Assembly: GCA_951406725.2 (NCBI GenBank)
Contig: OX597817.1
Coordinates: 147,622,001 to 147,686,000, forward strand
Length of the DNA: 64,000 nucleotides
DNA from: Octopus vulgaris
Taxonomy: Eukaryota
Direction: 5' to 3'
Shown here: positions 1 through 14,035 of the stretch, one piece after another
How the letters are laid out: the number at the start of each line of letters is the position of its first letter
Numbering within the stretch: position 1 is the stretch's first letter
The notes under the pieces: model-generated
Told to the model about the DNA's origin: nothing
Database searches by the model: none
Seen by the model: the letters and a program-made list of their open reading frames with translations, nothing else
Translations under genes and position numbers: made by a program

Positions 1-35
1 TAAACATGTTACCTCACCGAGTCTGGTGAAGGGAG

Positions 36-85
36 AGTCTGGTGAAGGGATATATAGGATATCATGGAAACAGCTGTAAGACCTT
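36..85 (+). ncRNA. Degenerate hammerhead ribozyme motif (PLE-type), followed by a short 3' tail and (TA)n
   Basis: CTGGTGA (39-45, one change from CUGAUGA), stem II gatat/atatc, GAAA (67-70), palindromic CAGCTG, TA (GUA triplet), agacc. A 16-bp direct duplication (19-34/35-50) disturbs stem I. Confidence 0.6.
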
Positions 86-141
86 TTTATAAATGTTCTG
101 AAAACTTTCACAGCCTTGGATTTTCTATCTCATTCTGTTAA

Positions 142-143
142 TA

Positions 144-219
<76 letters not shown>
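142..219. repeat. (TA)n microsatellite, one of dozens in the window
   Basis: Direct reading. Similar arrays at 687-751, 2999-3064, 6721-6807, 14937-15026, 40316-40512 and others. Confidence 0.98.
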
Positions 220-220
<1 letters not shown>

Positions 221-682
221 GACTGTACGACTGGCATTCCTTAAGCATATCCTTCACTTCTTAAATATATCCCGGGGTAAATTAAAATTGAAATATGGGC
301 AACGTGTGGATCATGTTCGTGCACACATTTACTCAGGAGATATAGCATTAGTGTTTGAAGTAGCGGATGTATAACTGAGAGTTGTGTATTAATTTTGACC
401 AATGAAAAGAGTGACTGAAGTATGTGGGCAGTTCTATGTATTTGGTGGGAATGAGTAGAAAGTGATAGATAGAGAGAAAGGAATAGTAATTATAAAGGAG
501 AGGGAGGTGTGTGAGGTGATGTTAGACTTCTTTTGATAATCGAGTATGCAAATCACAGGATGAGTAGTATAGTTCTTTGGTTTGACCTTAGTCAAATCAG
601 GCGCACCTACAATGAATGCATCGCTATGCGATGCATTAAGCCATTTGTAAACTTCATCTATGTAACCGATATATGTGTGTAT

Positions 683-686
<4 letters not shown>
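220..686. mobile_element. Insert between two (TA)n arrays, possible decayed PLE terminal fragment
   Basis: Bounded by (TA)n on both sides, with a purine-rich tract and a perfect hairpin aatgcatcgc-tat-gcgatgcatt (615-637). No intact ribozyme core. Confidence 0.3.
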
Positions 687-754
<68 letters not shown>

Positions 755-1183
755 CAAGAAAATGGACTGACCAAGCTTCCACTAAAATCATTACAATTGC
801 TTATATTACCAGCATCAGCTGGTAATTGCGAAGTGTTTCAGATATACGCATTATTTTATTAGCATCATTCAACGATAGCTGTGTACCTGGACATCTTCAG
901 ATATGTGGATTTGAGAGCACACATCCACTAACTTGGCTTTTTAACAGATGAAGCTGTTCAGAAGGTTGACACGAGACATTTTGGGAGAGCGCGGACATCA
1001 ACGAGTTTCAAAATGCAAGAAAAGGTACTAGAAATCTATAACCAGCGTGCAAAAGATATCTATGCGGCAAGTGAGTTTCAAAATCTAGAATCTGTCACAT
1101 TTTGAAGTGCTGTCGTTGGGAAATTACAGTCTATGAATGGTCTATGCTCTACTCTTCGGTTAGGGTCAATATGATCCAGAACG

Positions 1184-1620
1184 AAGGCGGTGAGCTGGCA
1201 GAAACGTTGGCCCGCCGGTCGAAATGCTTAGCCGTATTTCGTCTGTCTTTACGTTTAGAGTTCAAATTTCGCCGAAGTTGATTTTGCCTTTCAACCTTTC
1301 GAGGTCGATAAATTAAGTACCAGTTACGCACTTGGGTCGATATAATCGACTTAACGCCTTTGTCTGTCCTTGTTTGCCCCCTCTATGTTTAGCACCTTGT
1401 GGGCAATAATGAAATAAGAAATGTTTGCATGCTGGGCGAAATGCCTAGCCGTATTTCGTCTGTCTTTACGTTCTACGTTCTGAGTTCATATTTCGCAGAG
1501 GTTGACTTTGCCCTTCATCCTTTCCGAGTCGATAAGTTAAGTACCAGTTGTGTACTGAAGTCGATCTAATCGACTGGCCCCTTCCCCAGAAATTTCGAGC
1601 CTTGTGCCTAGAGTTAAAAA
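1184..1620 (+). mobile_element. tRNA-derived SINE family A, head plus two body units
   Basis: Head aaggcggtgagctggcagaaacgtt, B-box-like gagttcaaat, conserved core gcctttcatcctt..gtcgataaattaagtaccag repeated twice. Confidence 0.85.
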
Positions 1621-1621
1621 G

Positions 1622-2730
1622 ATGATCTGGACCGATGTGTGGAACTTTGTTAGTGTATTTGGCTAGATGTGTAGAAGACGCATATTTCCACAAAGATCGT
1701 TTGGAGTGGTGAGGTCACATATAAATTGAATGCTTCATTTAACCGTTGTAGTTGCACCTGTTGGGGACCTGACAATCTCTATATTATGGATAAACATCAT
1801 GTCAACCTACTATTATTCTTTTATTTTTTCATTTGTTTCAGTCATTTGCATGTGGCCATGCTGGAGCAATACCTTTAGTCGAACAAAGCGCCCCCAGGAC
1901 TTATTCTTTGTAAGCCTAGTACTTATTCTATCAGTTCTCTTTTGTCGAACCGCTATTTATGGGGACGTAAACACAACAACATCGGTTGTCAAGCGATGTT
2001 GGGGTGGGGTGGTGGGACAAACACAGACACACAAACGCGCACACAGACATACACACACACGCGCATACACACACACGCGCATACACACACAAACACACAC
2101 ACACACAATCACACACACACACATATATATGTATATATATATGCACGATGGACCTCTTTCAGTTTACGTCTACGAAATTCACCCACTAGGCTTTGGTCGG
2201 CTCGAGGGTATAGTAGAAGACACTTGACCAAGTTGCCACGCAGTGGGACTGAACCCGAAACCATGTGTTTGGTAAGCAAGCTACTTACCACATAGCCACT
2301 CCTGCGCCTATTGTGCGAATTAACAATGATTAATGGGGCCAACCTTCTTTTACGGTAATATGGCTAGTCCCATGAACGGAACAGTTTGTCATGTAAAGCC
2401 TTCAATACTAAAAATGTGGAGGTTTTGTTCCAACAAAATGGGACCCCTCCACACTACCATAATAATGTAAATACCTTCCTTTATGAGATTTTGGCACACA
2501 AGTACGTTGACTGAAGATGTTCTGTAGTACCTCAGAACACTAGACGTAATATGGAGACACTTAAAATATAAAGTTTATGGTACAAAACCGGCAACAGTCG
2601 ACGGTTTGAGGGTGGCCATTGAGAAAGAGCACAAATATCAAAAGAAATGTTCTTTGATATTTCCAATTCCATTGCTTTGCGTTTTCAGCAATGCCTGGTC
2701 CACAATAGTCTTCAGTCTGAAAACAAACAT
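1622..2730 (+). pseudogene. Decayed Tc1/mariner-superfamily transposase split by a SINE
   Basis: Pieces translate to [28 protein letters not shown] (IVWSDEATF-like), FQQNGTPPHY (FQQDGAPPH-like) and IWRHLKYKVYGTKP, with stops and frameshifts. Confidence 0.75.
1812..2310 (-). mobile_element. tRNA-derived SINE family B with internal (CA)/(TA) microsatellite
   Basis: Minus-strand head aggcgcaggagtggctatgtggtaagtag...gggttcagtccc, then cttggtcaagtgtcttc (CORE-like). Multi-copy in the window. Confidence 0.85.
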
Positions 2731-2994
2731 TCCCCAAAGAATTATATGCTTTATGCTGATTCAATTAAATTTTGAAGATGAAATGCATTTTAATAAGCAC
2801 TGCCTTTATAATCGTTGAATATATGTAACCTGCTGTCCAGCAGGTCAGATGAGTCGCCTACGTTGCCAAGTGCAAGACTAGACGCGAAACCAATGGTAAA
2901 TTTCTGACCTGCCATAACCAACGATATACCAATCGACTACATAATATATGCACATACATACATACATACATACATACATACATACATACATACA

Positions 2995-3066
<72 letters not shown>

Positions 3067-3567
3067 GTGTGTGAGTGTATTTATGTCGTTTTTTTTTTCT
3101 CATCTCGAAACTTTTTCCATTTGAATTTAATTCGAAAAGCCAAAATGTCTGTCAGTTAATCTCATATCGGCTGGCTGGCTGAAATCACGTGACAACCATT
3201 CACCGAAAACAGTTTGAATAGCATGGACACTGTGAAATGTTTTAATGACGAGGATCATGTCAAAATGAACAAGCTACAAAAATTCGTTTACTTATTGCTA
3301 CAAATAATTCCCCAATCTCTCTTCTAAGGGAATTATAACAATACATGAGAAGATATTATGTGGCAATGTAGTCGGAGACAATATAATCGACATGATAATT
3401 ATTGTTCTTGTCACGTATCGAATTGGCTACACAATATTTCTGACTCGTGATCTATCTTGTTTCTTGAATATGTTATTCCATCGCTTCGCCGTCGAGTGAG
3501 ACAGTTGAGCATTCTAGAAAATAAGCCATGGCACTAACGCCATCGATGGATATATATTCATACACAA

Positions 3568-3637
<70 letters not shown>

Positions 3638-3897
3638 GAGTATGTGTGTGTGTGTATTATGTATGTATGTATCGGTATGTGAATACAGATACATAGATAT
3701 ATTCGTATATCAAAATGGCTGTTATAATTATGTATACATATTTATGAATATACATATATACACTTATGTCACATAAATATTCTATATTCAGAATTAATCA
3801 ATATCACAAAGATACGCAAGACACACGCATTCCTTGTGTGTGTAGCCATATGTATAAATGTACATACATACATACATATATATATTCATATAAGATG

Positions 3898-3935
<38 letters not shown>

Positions 3936-3958
3936 TATACATATATATATATATATAT

Positions 3959-4036
<78 letters not shown>

Positions 4037-4656
4037 TTATATATATATATGCCTGTGTTTATGCGTATGTGTGGTGGTAGGTAAGTAAGGACGCTCGGGA
4101 GTTTACAGAAGCCAGTGACATTATATAGTTTGATCTTATCTTTTGCAATAAATATTGTTCTCTTTTATTAAGAAACTACGGTATTCTAAGAAACTAGAAA
4201 CTCTGAGAGGATAAGCAATGATTAACGGGGGAAAAAACGAATAAAGAGGACGAATTGTGTTAAGGGAGCTAAACGGGTATTAAGTTTAAAAAGGGTGTAA
4301 AGGACTGTAGAGTTTTAAGAGATGAAACTGGTTTAGGAGACGAACGGGGTAAGGCGCTTGGTCCAGGTCTCAAAGGATTTAGCCCTGTATAATTTAAGTC
4401 ATACTTCTAAAATTTACTTCAAGCCTTCACTTTCAAGAGATGAGATCTATTAGGGGTTCCCGAAGTGCTGTGTTCGCGTATCGATATCCTAAATTACAAC
4501 TCACCAACCCTAGGCTGGCGCCAGTCTGTCGCCAGTCTGTCGCAGGTTTAACCTGTAGCTGTTACAGGTACTTATTTTCAGCTCAGTGTAATGGGGAAAC
4601 GTGAAATACAATAACTCGCTTTAGGACACAACACATCAAAGTCCGATTGTCGAACC

Positions 4657-4860
4657 CACGACCTAAAGATCATATATCCAAGACACTAGCGGCCCGGCCA
4701 CGCGCTTTCAATCTTGGCATATCGTTGCGTTATATTGCATACATAGAAAGGCAGTGAACTGGCCGAATCAGTAGAACGCCAATCATAAGTTCTGAGTTCA
4801 AATTCCGTCGAGGTCGACTTTGCTTTTTATCCAATCAGGGTCGTTAAAATAAGTATTACT
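4657..4860 (+). repeat. ~205-bp segment duplicated at 8392-8597 (two SINE heads back to back plus spacer)
   Basis: cacgacctaaagatcat...atcgttgcgttatattgcat...gttaaaata is colinear at both sites, including the non-SINE spacer. Confidence 0.85.
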
Positions 4861-4967
4861 GAAGGACTGGCGTCGATGTAATGAGCTTGGCCCTTTTTAT
4901 TCAAATTTGCTGGCCTTGTGCCAAAATTTGAAGCTATCACATTTTATATACACGCATGTATAGTATA

Positions 4968-4968
<1 letters not shown>

Positions 4969-5023
<55 letters not shown>

Positions 5024-5204
5024 GTCTGTTTGTCTGTCTGTCTATCTATCTATCTATCTATCTGTGTGCAGCCCTGTGTGGCTAATAAAGAAACATATCT
5101 ATCTATCTATCTATGTCTATCGGTCTTGCTGGTCATCTATCTATTTATCTATCTGTCTGTCTGTCTATCTATCTCACTGTCTATCTCCCAGTCTGTCTGT
5201 CTGT

Positions 5205-5280
<76 letters not shown>

Positions 5281-5303
5281 ATGTCTGTCTATTTATCTAT
5301 CTA
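4969..5303. repeat. (TATC)n/(TGTC)n microsatellite
   Basis: Direct reading. Confidence 0.97.
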
Positions 5304-6287
5304 GGAATAGTTAGGTAGATAGATGTATATACACATGCACAAGCATATATACATAGATGCATATGTATATATACATGTTTTAATGATAGTGTATGCATGT
5401 GTATATGTTAGAATGAAGTGATTGTGTACTATGTGAATATATGTTGGGTAGCTTCAATAAATCTGTCATCGGGTGATCCGATCTGCGCAGAGAGATTGAT
5501 TGTTTGGTAGATGTTGGGTTTGGAGGTGAAAAAGTGGCAAAGTGTTTTCGTGCGTCTGAGTGTATCAACTATAAGTGTAGATAACGAAACTTGCTAACAT
5601 ACATCACCAACACGACTGTGACTCTGTGATGCTTGCTGATGTTTCGAGAAAGTTTCGAGCCTTTTGATGGATTTAGAAGATGTAGTACCTCAGTGAAACT
5701 CCTACAGTTTCTGAGTGGAGCATAGCATCTCAGATGTTATTACACTATATAGATTTCATTTAAAATTTCAATAAAAACCAAGAATATTTCAAACATCAAA
5801 ACCACATCTTTTTTTACAGAAATTTACTTCCAATCTCATTAACCAAACTTACCTATTAACAACACAGTAACGCGTAATTTAACGGCAATTTAGCAATTTA
5901 GCTACTATTTCTAGTATCACGAGCGACTACATACAGACCATTTTGTTAGCCGTTGTTGATATATGACATTTATTGTGTTGGAATTATGAGAAATATTATT
6001 ATGTCTATTGGTAGAATATTGGAACAATTCTTCATATAAAATTATTTGTTTTTATAAATAGTTTATAAATGTCAGGAAGACAAATATCTTACATTCTATG
6101 GTATTTCTTTTTTATATTTAAAATATCATATTCTCCTATCTTTTAGATTATGGGTCGGTTATAAGTTGTCATCCATTAAATATCTTTATTTTCGCTTATT
6201 TTATCCTAGTTCTGTCTAGAGTTTTATATCTCTCAGTCCCGCCATCTCTTACTATCTGTATCTTTCATACCTATGTATGTATGTATG

Positions 6288-6321
<34 letters not shown>

Positions 6322-6357
6322 TGTATGTATGTATGTATGTATGTATGTATGTATGTG

Positions 6358-6388
<31 letters not shown>

Positions 6389-6521
6389 TATACATAAGAC
6401 TATGATAATAGTCAATCTATTTATGTATACAGTTTCGCAATCCTGAACAGTGATACACACACAGACACACACGTGTGTATATGTGTGTGCGATTGTGTTT
6501 GTATATATATATATATATATA

Positions 6522-6717
6522 CTTGAACCCGACCGAGTTCAATTTGAAGACTCCACTAGAATGGACGAAAGCGCTGATATATATAATATATGATATATGG
6601 CGTATAAAAATATGTAACATAAAAAATAAATATCTGTAAAAATTTAAAACCATCCGAATTTCTGAGTACCTCATTTCTTCTAATATAATATACCTGTACA
6701 TCATCTCCCAACCTTCT

Positions 6718-6720
<3 letters not shown>
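6522..6720 (+). mobile_element. PLE-like terminal fragment with degenerate hammerhead, between (TA)n arrays
   Basis: TTGAAGA-ctcca-ctagaa-tggac-GAAA-GCGC-TG (6544-6576). Its 3' end (...ctgtacatca...cttctaac|(AT)n) is homologous to the minus-strand element at 60767-60900. Confidence 0.7.
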
Positions 6721-6813
<93 letters not shown>

Positions 6814-7306
6814 TATATGTATATATGTATACATATGTAAGTATATTTTAATACATGTGTACATATATTCATACATATATAGATATATATACATACATGT
6901 GTGTGTGTGTTTGTATGTTATATATGTGTTAATAAGAATATATATATATATATATACAACCAATGGGTAATATATCCAAGGAAACGCATAGGTTCTTCAG
7001 TTTATTGTATTATTGAAACGTAGATGAAATATTATAATGGAGCAACATTTCAAGTTTCAGCTTGTTAGTAAGGACGTAAGTAGTCGTTAAAAAAAGTGTA
7101 TAGATGATTTAAAGTGGTCTGTAGATCTATCGTTAGAATCTATTAACTATAGAGTTATGAGGAAATTCATCGATAGGCAGTCTGCTCTTGAGAGAGAAAT
7201 ATCACTAATATAATTCCCTCCTTACTATAATGTTTCTTGAAGTAATACATAGAGATTTTTCGGTGAGGTACACGAGGAATATAATATTATTCGGAATGTT
7301 AATATA

Positions 7307-7838
7307 TTGGGTTATCCGGAAAGTTCATGTCGATTTATAGCAGCTTACCTTTCGACTTATTTTAGAACATGGTTGAGTCCATAAAATAGGATTTGACTAC
7401 ACTTCCGTTTAGAGCACAGTTTAAACTATCTTTTCGTGGAAGAAGGTTTATGTTCCTTTAACCAGTGTTAATTCTGTAACCCTCTAAAATGGAAGATAAG
7501 AAAGTTCATTTTCGGCACTTGCTGCTTTGGGAACCAGACAAAAATTGCTGCAACTCGGTTGGGATGTGTTACCCCACCTTCCATATTCACCAGATATTGC
7601 TCCTTCGGATTTCCACTTATTCAGGTCTTTGTAGAATAGTCTTAATGGTAAAAATTTCAATTCCTTGGATGACCTAAAAAGATACCTGGATGAATTCTTT
7701 GCCATGAAACCACCTCAATTCTGGGAAGAATTGTGCAACAAAATGGTTCATATTTGGTTGATTAAAAATGTAATGGCAAGTATTTATTGACCGTTTTCTT
7801 TCCTTTAAAAATCGGCACGAACTTTCCGGACAACCCAA
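7307..7838 (+). mobile_element. Internally deleted mariner (DD34D-type) element
   Basis: TIRs ttgggttatccggaaagttcatgtcgattt / aaatcggcacgaactttccggacaacccaa with flanking TA. Start MEDKKVHFRHLLLWE is joined to LGWDVLPHLPYSPDIAPSDFHLFRSL. Confidence 0.93.
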
Positions 7839-9922
7839 TAGTTGGATTGTTGTAGCAGACAGTGTGAACCAGGTAATTGCTAAAAGGAACACTGTATTTC
7901 GTTATGAAGTTAGAATACACTACCAAATATATTAAAGTCAATACTATGTTCCACTTCTTTCAGTGCTGTCTGTAATTAATTTCTGTAGAAAACCTGTTGA
8001 AATAACTTTGAAAGGTGTCTAAACCAGTATATTAGTTATTCTTAGAATAGTGTGGATAGATTTATTTACATTGAGCCTTCCATAATTTTCTAAAATATGC
8101 GCTGTTGTTCTCTCACTTTGGAGAAAATCACCATAAGTTATATTGTTACCGTTGAAATCTTCCGAGCCTTCTATTGTATTTGTCACTGAGGCCTCTTGAG
8201 AGGTTTCTTCTAACTTGAACCTGACCGACTCTAATGTCTTCTATCTGATTCTTTCTGACACGCTGGCTCTGCAGCCACAGTATGAAATGAGACGTTTTGG
8301 TACATCAGTTTTGGAGCCGCCTACATGGCGCCGCTAAGTCCACGTTGATTTATTCGACATCAGACGTTTTAAAGGCTGCCATGTTCTCTCGCACGACCTA
8401 AAGATCATAATTCCAAAACGCTACCGGCCTGGCCACGGGCTTTCAATCTTGTTATATCGTTGCGTTATATTGCATATATAGAAAGGCAGTGAACTGGACG
8501 AATCAGTAGAACGCCAAGCATATGTTCTGAGTTCAAATTTCGTCGATGTCGACATTGCTTTTTATACATTCAGGGACGTTAAAATAGGTATTAGTTAATA
8601 CCTAGTGCTTTTCGTTTACGTGTGTGAACATATTTCTCTGCGTATGAGGAGAGAAAAACATGTTTATGTCAATCGCCTTAAATTAATAAATTGGTTTGCA
8701 CGTCGGACAAAATGCTTCGTGTCATTTCGTTCGTACTTAGTGGATTTCTTACCTATTTAAAAAGCGAATACCGAACGTAGCACTGCATGGTGGAAACAAT
8801 CGTTCCATAGACCTATTAGAACATTGGAAAAGTGTACACAATTTTCTTTCTAAATTGCAATCAGTATTACACAGAACATTCTTGGTTATCGCTGCACATA
8901 TTCCTCGTTTTCCCTTCTACAACAGGGGCACTTTTGTAAGAGAGAACTTACAAGATATTGCTTTATTACCCAGCATAAGTATATCGTAGGAAAAAATGTT
9001 ATAAAATGATCTCATATTAATGTATTATCAGAAACGGCTAAAGTAAATTATACGACCGCTTTGCTCAAAATTCCGCCGAGATCGACTTTGCTTTACATCC
9101 TTTCAGAGTCGATAAGATAACTACCAGTTGAATACTGGGGCTGATGCAATCTATTTATACCCTCCCTGAAATTGCTGGCTTTGTGCCAACATTAAAAACC
9201 GTTTCCCCTCTATATCTCTATGTGTATACTGTGCACAGCGTTGTGCATGCGTGCCTGCGTGCGTGTTTGCCTACATTGCCAAAAAAAGGGCTGCCTTCAA
9301 AACAGACTAAATGTCCAGCCAGCCGTGCCATACTATCATCGTCCAAATAGCTGCGCCCAGTCGTCTTATTCCGACTGTAGTCTACATCGTGGATAAATTG
9401 TCATCGCCATTCCTGTCTGTACACCAATAAGTTTGTCGGTATAAATACTACACACAGACAATACTCTGCAAATAATACCATCTTGCATTTCTCTTTAAGT
9501 TCCAACTCTTAGTCAATAATATAAAGTGATGTAAATATTCTTATGTTAGATTCCATCAGCTTTAATGAATAGAACCATTGAAATATCCTTTCATGTGGCG
9601 TACTTTCAATTTTACTTTACGATCATCAGTATTAACATACAAACAAGATATTAGTAACAATTGACGTCTTCTTTGAATAGCCAGGCGTCAGATTACCCGG
9701 AAACAAACGATGCAGTTATTAAGAAGACAGACTGAAATTAATGCGTGCAAAATTTCACGGCTCCAACATCACTTCTTCATAGACAGTCTATGGAATTTTC
9801 AGTCCACTCTCATACACATGCAGTACTAGACCTTCCAAACACATTGTTAAAACCTTCGAATTCATTAACAAAAACATAAACCTACAACCTCTGATAGTCT
9901 TTATGATAACCATACAACTATA

Positions 9923-10157
9923 TATTTCGTTACTGTCCACAAGGGGCTAAACATAGAGGGGACAAACAAGGACAGACAAACGGATTAAGTCAATTACATC
10001 GACCCCAGTGCGAAACTGGTACCTTATTTAAAGACCCCGAAACGATGAAAGGCAAAGTCGACCTCGGCGGAATTTGAACTCAGAACGTAACGACAGACGA
10101 AATACGGCTACGCATTTCGCCTGGCGTGCTAACGTGTCTGGCAGCTCCCCGCCTTAC
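9923..10157 (-). mobile_element. SINE family A monomer with target-site duplication
   Basis: Full unit flanked by ataacca(t/c)acaactata at 9906-9922 and 10158-10174. Confidence 0.9.
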
Positions 10158-10449
10158 ATAACCACACAACTATAATACAGAGAACAGTAGTTATACTGAC
10201 ACATTTACAACCGTGCAGAAGGCAGTGTTTAAAACTTATGCTTGAGGTAAACTTCAATTGGAATAAAATGATTATTTTCTGACGATCCCTTAAGTTCTAA
10301 TCAGACAAATCTGTAAGTATTCCTCACTTGGACAGTCCAATCGATACACTCAAAAATATCCTTGACATGTTTTCGAAGTAGGTAATCAGAGGTGATTTCC
10401 AAAACGTCTTTCATCTTCACACTATAACAATTGAAACTGGTTCTCCGTT

Positions 10450-10745
10450 GGTTGCGACGGCGAGTACTACTGTTGATCGATCCTCGTGAAATTAACGTGC
10501 AACTGACTGAGTACTCCGTAGACACATGTAACATTAACGTAGATCTCAGGGAGATTCAGCTCGACGCAGAATCTGACAAGACTGGCCCTTGGAGTTACAG
10601 GTACAACACATTCTTAACAGCTGAGTGAACTGGAGAAATGTGAAATAAAGCGTCTTGCTCAAGGACGCAATGCACTGCAAGGAATCGAACTCACGACTTT
10701 ATGATCATGAACCGAATACCCTAACCAGTAAGACACGCAACTTCC
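10450..10745 (-). mobile_element. tRNA-derived SINE with CORE-like domain, 3' tail shared with family C
   Basis: Minus strand gagttcgattcc...gtccttgagcaagacgctttatttcac...cactcagctg. Tail cacgttaatttcacgag matches the 20199 and 22387 copies. Confidence 0.7.
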
Positions 10746-11021
10746 CACTAGAAAAATCACTTATTTGTTTAGCAAGTGTTGCAAGAAACAGATTAAATAT
10801 TTTTCAAATTAGTCGTATTGATCGGCACGTAGGCATGACAATTGGAAATTACTGTTAATGAAATGTAATGTAAATAGCAATTAAAATTATGAAAATTTCA
10901 GATATATAATTATATCTGACGACATAATGTCACTTTACTGGTCCATTAAATGCTTTTTCAATAGAAATCTTTGGCTTTAAGAAGTCTACAAGTTCAGTAA
11001 CCTTTTACATTCTCTATTTGT

Positions 11022-11380
11022 GTTGTTGTTGTTGTTGGCACCCTTTTGTCTCGGGAGACAATGGAGTTGCGCATAAACTGATGCCGTCTGGTTTTTACAT
11101 TTCATGTCCTCTCCAGTTTTGTGCGGGCCTGGGCTAGATGTAAGAAAATCCTGGGTAGCCCAATCGTCAGGATTCCTCTCTCGACCCTGCTGACGTAGTC
11201 CAAAGGAGTGCACAGCATTACGTTTGGCACCAGCTTGGTTGCAGGAGCTGTCGGAAGAGTGTCGAGTCGAACACTAAACCACCTAAGGGGCTCCACTCCG
11301 GATTTCTTTGAAGGTTGTCTCATTTCCGTAACCCTGGTTAGGGGCCCATACAGGGTACTGTCAACCGGAGTCAGCTGATG
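11022..11380 (-). mobile_element. RTE-clade-derived short non-autonomous retroelement
   Basis: Minus strand has RTE-like 5'UTR motifs (ggagtggagcccct, caagctggtgccaaacgt) and a tail gtctcccgagacaaaagggtgcc(aac)n. Clade call is from recalled consensus features. Confidence 0.55.
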
Positions 11381-11483
11381 TAGTGAAGAAAATCGCTACC
11401 CACTAGCGATTTTCCCGTTCTCTACCAAATTGCTGACCTTGTTGCTAAATCAGTGGTAGTAGTAGTAGTAGTAGTAGTAGTAA

Positions 11484-11542
<59 letters not shown>

Positions 11543-11586
11543 GAATAATAATAATAATATTAATGGTGATGATGATAGTGATACAC

Positions 11587-12241
11587 TTTACTCTCTTTTA
11601 CTCTTTTACTTGTTTCAGTCATTTGACTGGAGCACCGCCTTTAGTCGAGCAAATTGTCTCCAGGACTTATTCTTTGGAAGCCTAGTACTTTTTTATCGGT
11701 CTCTTTTGCTGAACCGCTAATTTACGGGGACGTAAACACATCACCATCGGTTGTCAAGCGATGTTGAGGAGACAAACACAGACACACAAATATATACACA
11801 CACATACATATAGATATACATATATACGACGGGCTTCTTTCAGTTTCCGTCTACCAAATCCATTCACAAAGTTTGGGTTGGCCTCAGGCTATAGTAGAAG
11901 ATACTTTCCGAAGGTGCCACGCAGTGGGACTGGACCACATATCTATATTCTTCTATTTTTTATTTGTTTCAGTCATTTGACTGCAGCCGTGCTGGTGCAC
12001 TGCCTTTTAGTCGAACAAATCGACCCTAGTACTTATTCTTTGTAGGCCTAGTACTTATTCTATCGGGCTCTTTTGCCCAACCGTTAAGTTATAGAGACTC
12101 TAAATACACCAACATCAGTTGTCAAGTGATGGTGGAGGGGAGAAGCAGAGACACACACACGCAAATATATATATATATATACACATACACATATACACAC
12201 ATACACATACACAAACACACACAGACACACACACACACACA

Positions 12242-12298
<57 letters not shown>

Positions 12299-12408
12299 GT
12301 TTCTGTTTCCCTCTACCAAATCCACTTTGTTTCACTCGAGACTATAGCAGAAGATACTTGCCGAAGGTACCACATAGTAGGACTGAACCCGGAACCACTC
12401 CTGCGCCT
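11587..12408 (-). mobile_element. Two tandem SINE family B copies
   Basis: Two consecutive tail-to-head units (about 11587-11940 and 11945-12408), each with an internal microsatellite. Confidence 0.85.
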
Positions 12409-12787
12409 CTACACACACACGGACATGTATATATATATATATCGATCAGAAAATTTGCGCATGCCTGCATGGGTGGATGTCTCTACCAATATAACCATTC
12501 ACATAAATTCCATGTGTTTATTTGTACATGGCATTTTCCAAACATGGAAATAGTCGGAATCTGTAATAAAATAATATAATGTCTAGTTTTATGGGCCGCT
12601 TCGTTTGAAAGTCGTAGCAATACCCACGATATATATATGCAATAAAACCTGCAATGGAACAAAAGTTGTTAGTCGGCCATATTGGGCATCTGGAATGTTT
12701 TAGCAATGTGTGTTTAATTATTATGAGCATCTCACTGATATATGTAGATAATCGAAATTACATTCCCGGATGCATAAATAGATACAT

Positions 12788-12860
<73 letters not shown>

Positions 12861-12955
12861 ATAGATGATATATATATATGTATATATATATATATGCATA
12901 TATGTATGTGTATGTGTGTGCGTGCGTGGTGCGTGTATGTATACGTATGTGTGTG

Positions 12956-13001
<46 letters not shown>

Positions 13002-13399
13002 CAATTTTCGGACGATTATGGCCCCTGTTAGTGTATGTCTTCATTCGTGTGCGTTAAGTACTGTATTACAGCAGTTTAGCTCTTATTTCTAGCAATGTAT
13101 GTTTCCTAACACCCTAGTCACATTTAGTGAAGTTTGTAATTTTCCTTTTTTGCGAAGCTTTGCAAACTCCTGTCTATATTAATTTTATACATGCACATTA
13201 GCGAATCACCAAATCATCCAATTATTTGGACGACGAAAACATAAATATCAATAACGAAGCAAGTCCAGATAGGGACAGACGGTCGTTGACCGGCCTCTAT
13301 GGAGAGATTCAAACCCGGATTCATTAAAAGACTTAACCTGGCTTTATGGCAAAAAGAGTGCCGACAGTCACTCACGCTGATCCACAAGACGGGCAAGCC

Positions 13400-14035
13400 G
13401 GCAACGGGAATACCACCTCGGTATTCTATAAAGGGCTGGTAGAGGCTAAAAAAAAAATTCCTAGGAGGGGCTCTGGGGTTCGATGAGAACCAGTTTACCA
13501 ACCTGTTTTAAAAGACTTCCAAGCCGTGGTATCTGCATAATCACCAAATACCCCTTTGACCTGGCAGTGTTATAGGAATGCTTTACCTGTTTGCGATAAG
13601 TTATCGAGGCACGGAATGTCAGTGCCACCGACATGTCCAAGATGCGCGCTGGACGGCGAAACCCTCAAGCACGGTTTTGTACATTGTTGGGAGCTGCCAA
13701 GCTTGATAAGTTACGTAGAACATGTGTTGTCACATCTGGGACGAGTACAGCTGTCGGCTGGATCTATGATTAAGATGGTACCGCCAACTGAACTCTCGGA
13801 GGAAGATGAGGCATGCCTTCACTGTACGGTTGCAGTATTGAAAGAATGTGTGTGGCGTACGAGAATGGAAGGAATCGTGGCAAGGTCTATAGTCTCTGGC
13901 TACGGATAGGTGACCTACTTCAGAGACCATCTGAAGAACAAGATGGAGCTGAAGAAGTGGACCCTGCCGCGGAGCGTGTATGAGGAAAGATGGAAGGAAG
14001 TGACGAAAAAGGAGGGTGTCAGGAAGCCAGCTTGA
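13400..14035 (+). pseudogene. L1/Tx1-clade LINE ORF2 C-terminal fragment (zf-RVT zinc-binding region)
   Basis: ORF 13556-13909 reads LTWQCYRNALPVCDKLSRHG...TCPRC...ETLKHGFVHC...KECVWRTR, the typical RT-associated CCHC region. Confidence 0.85.
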
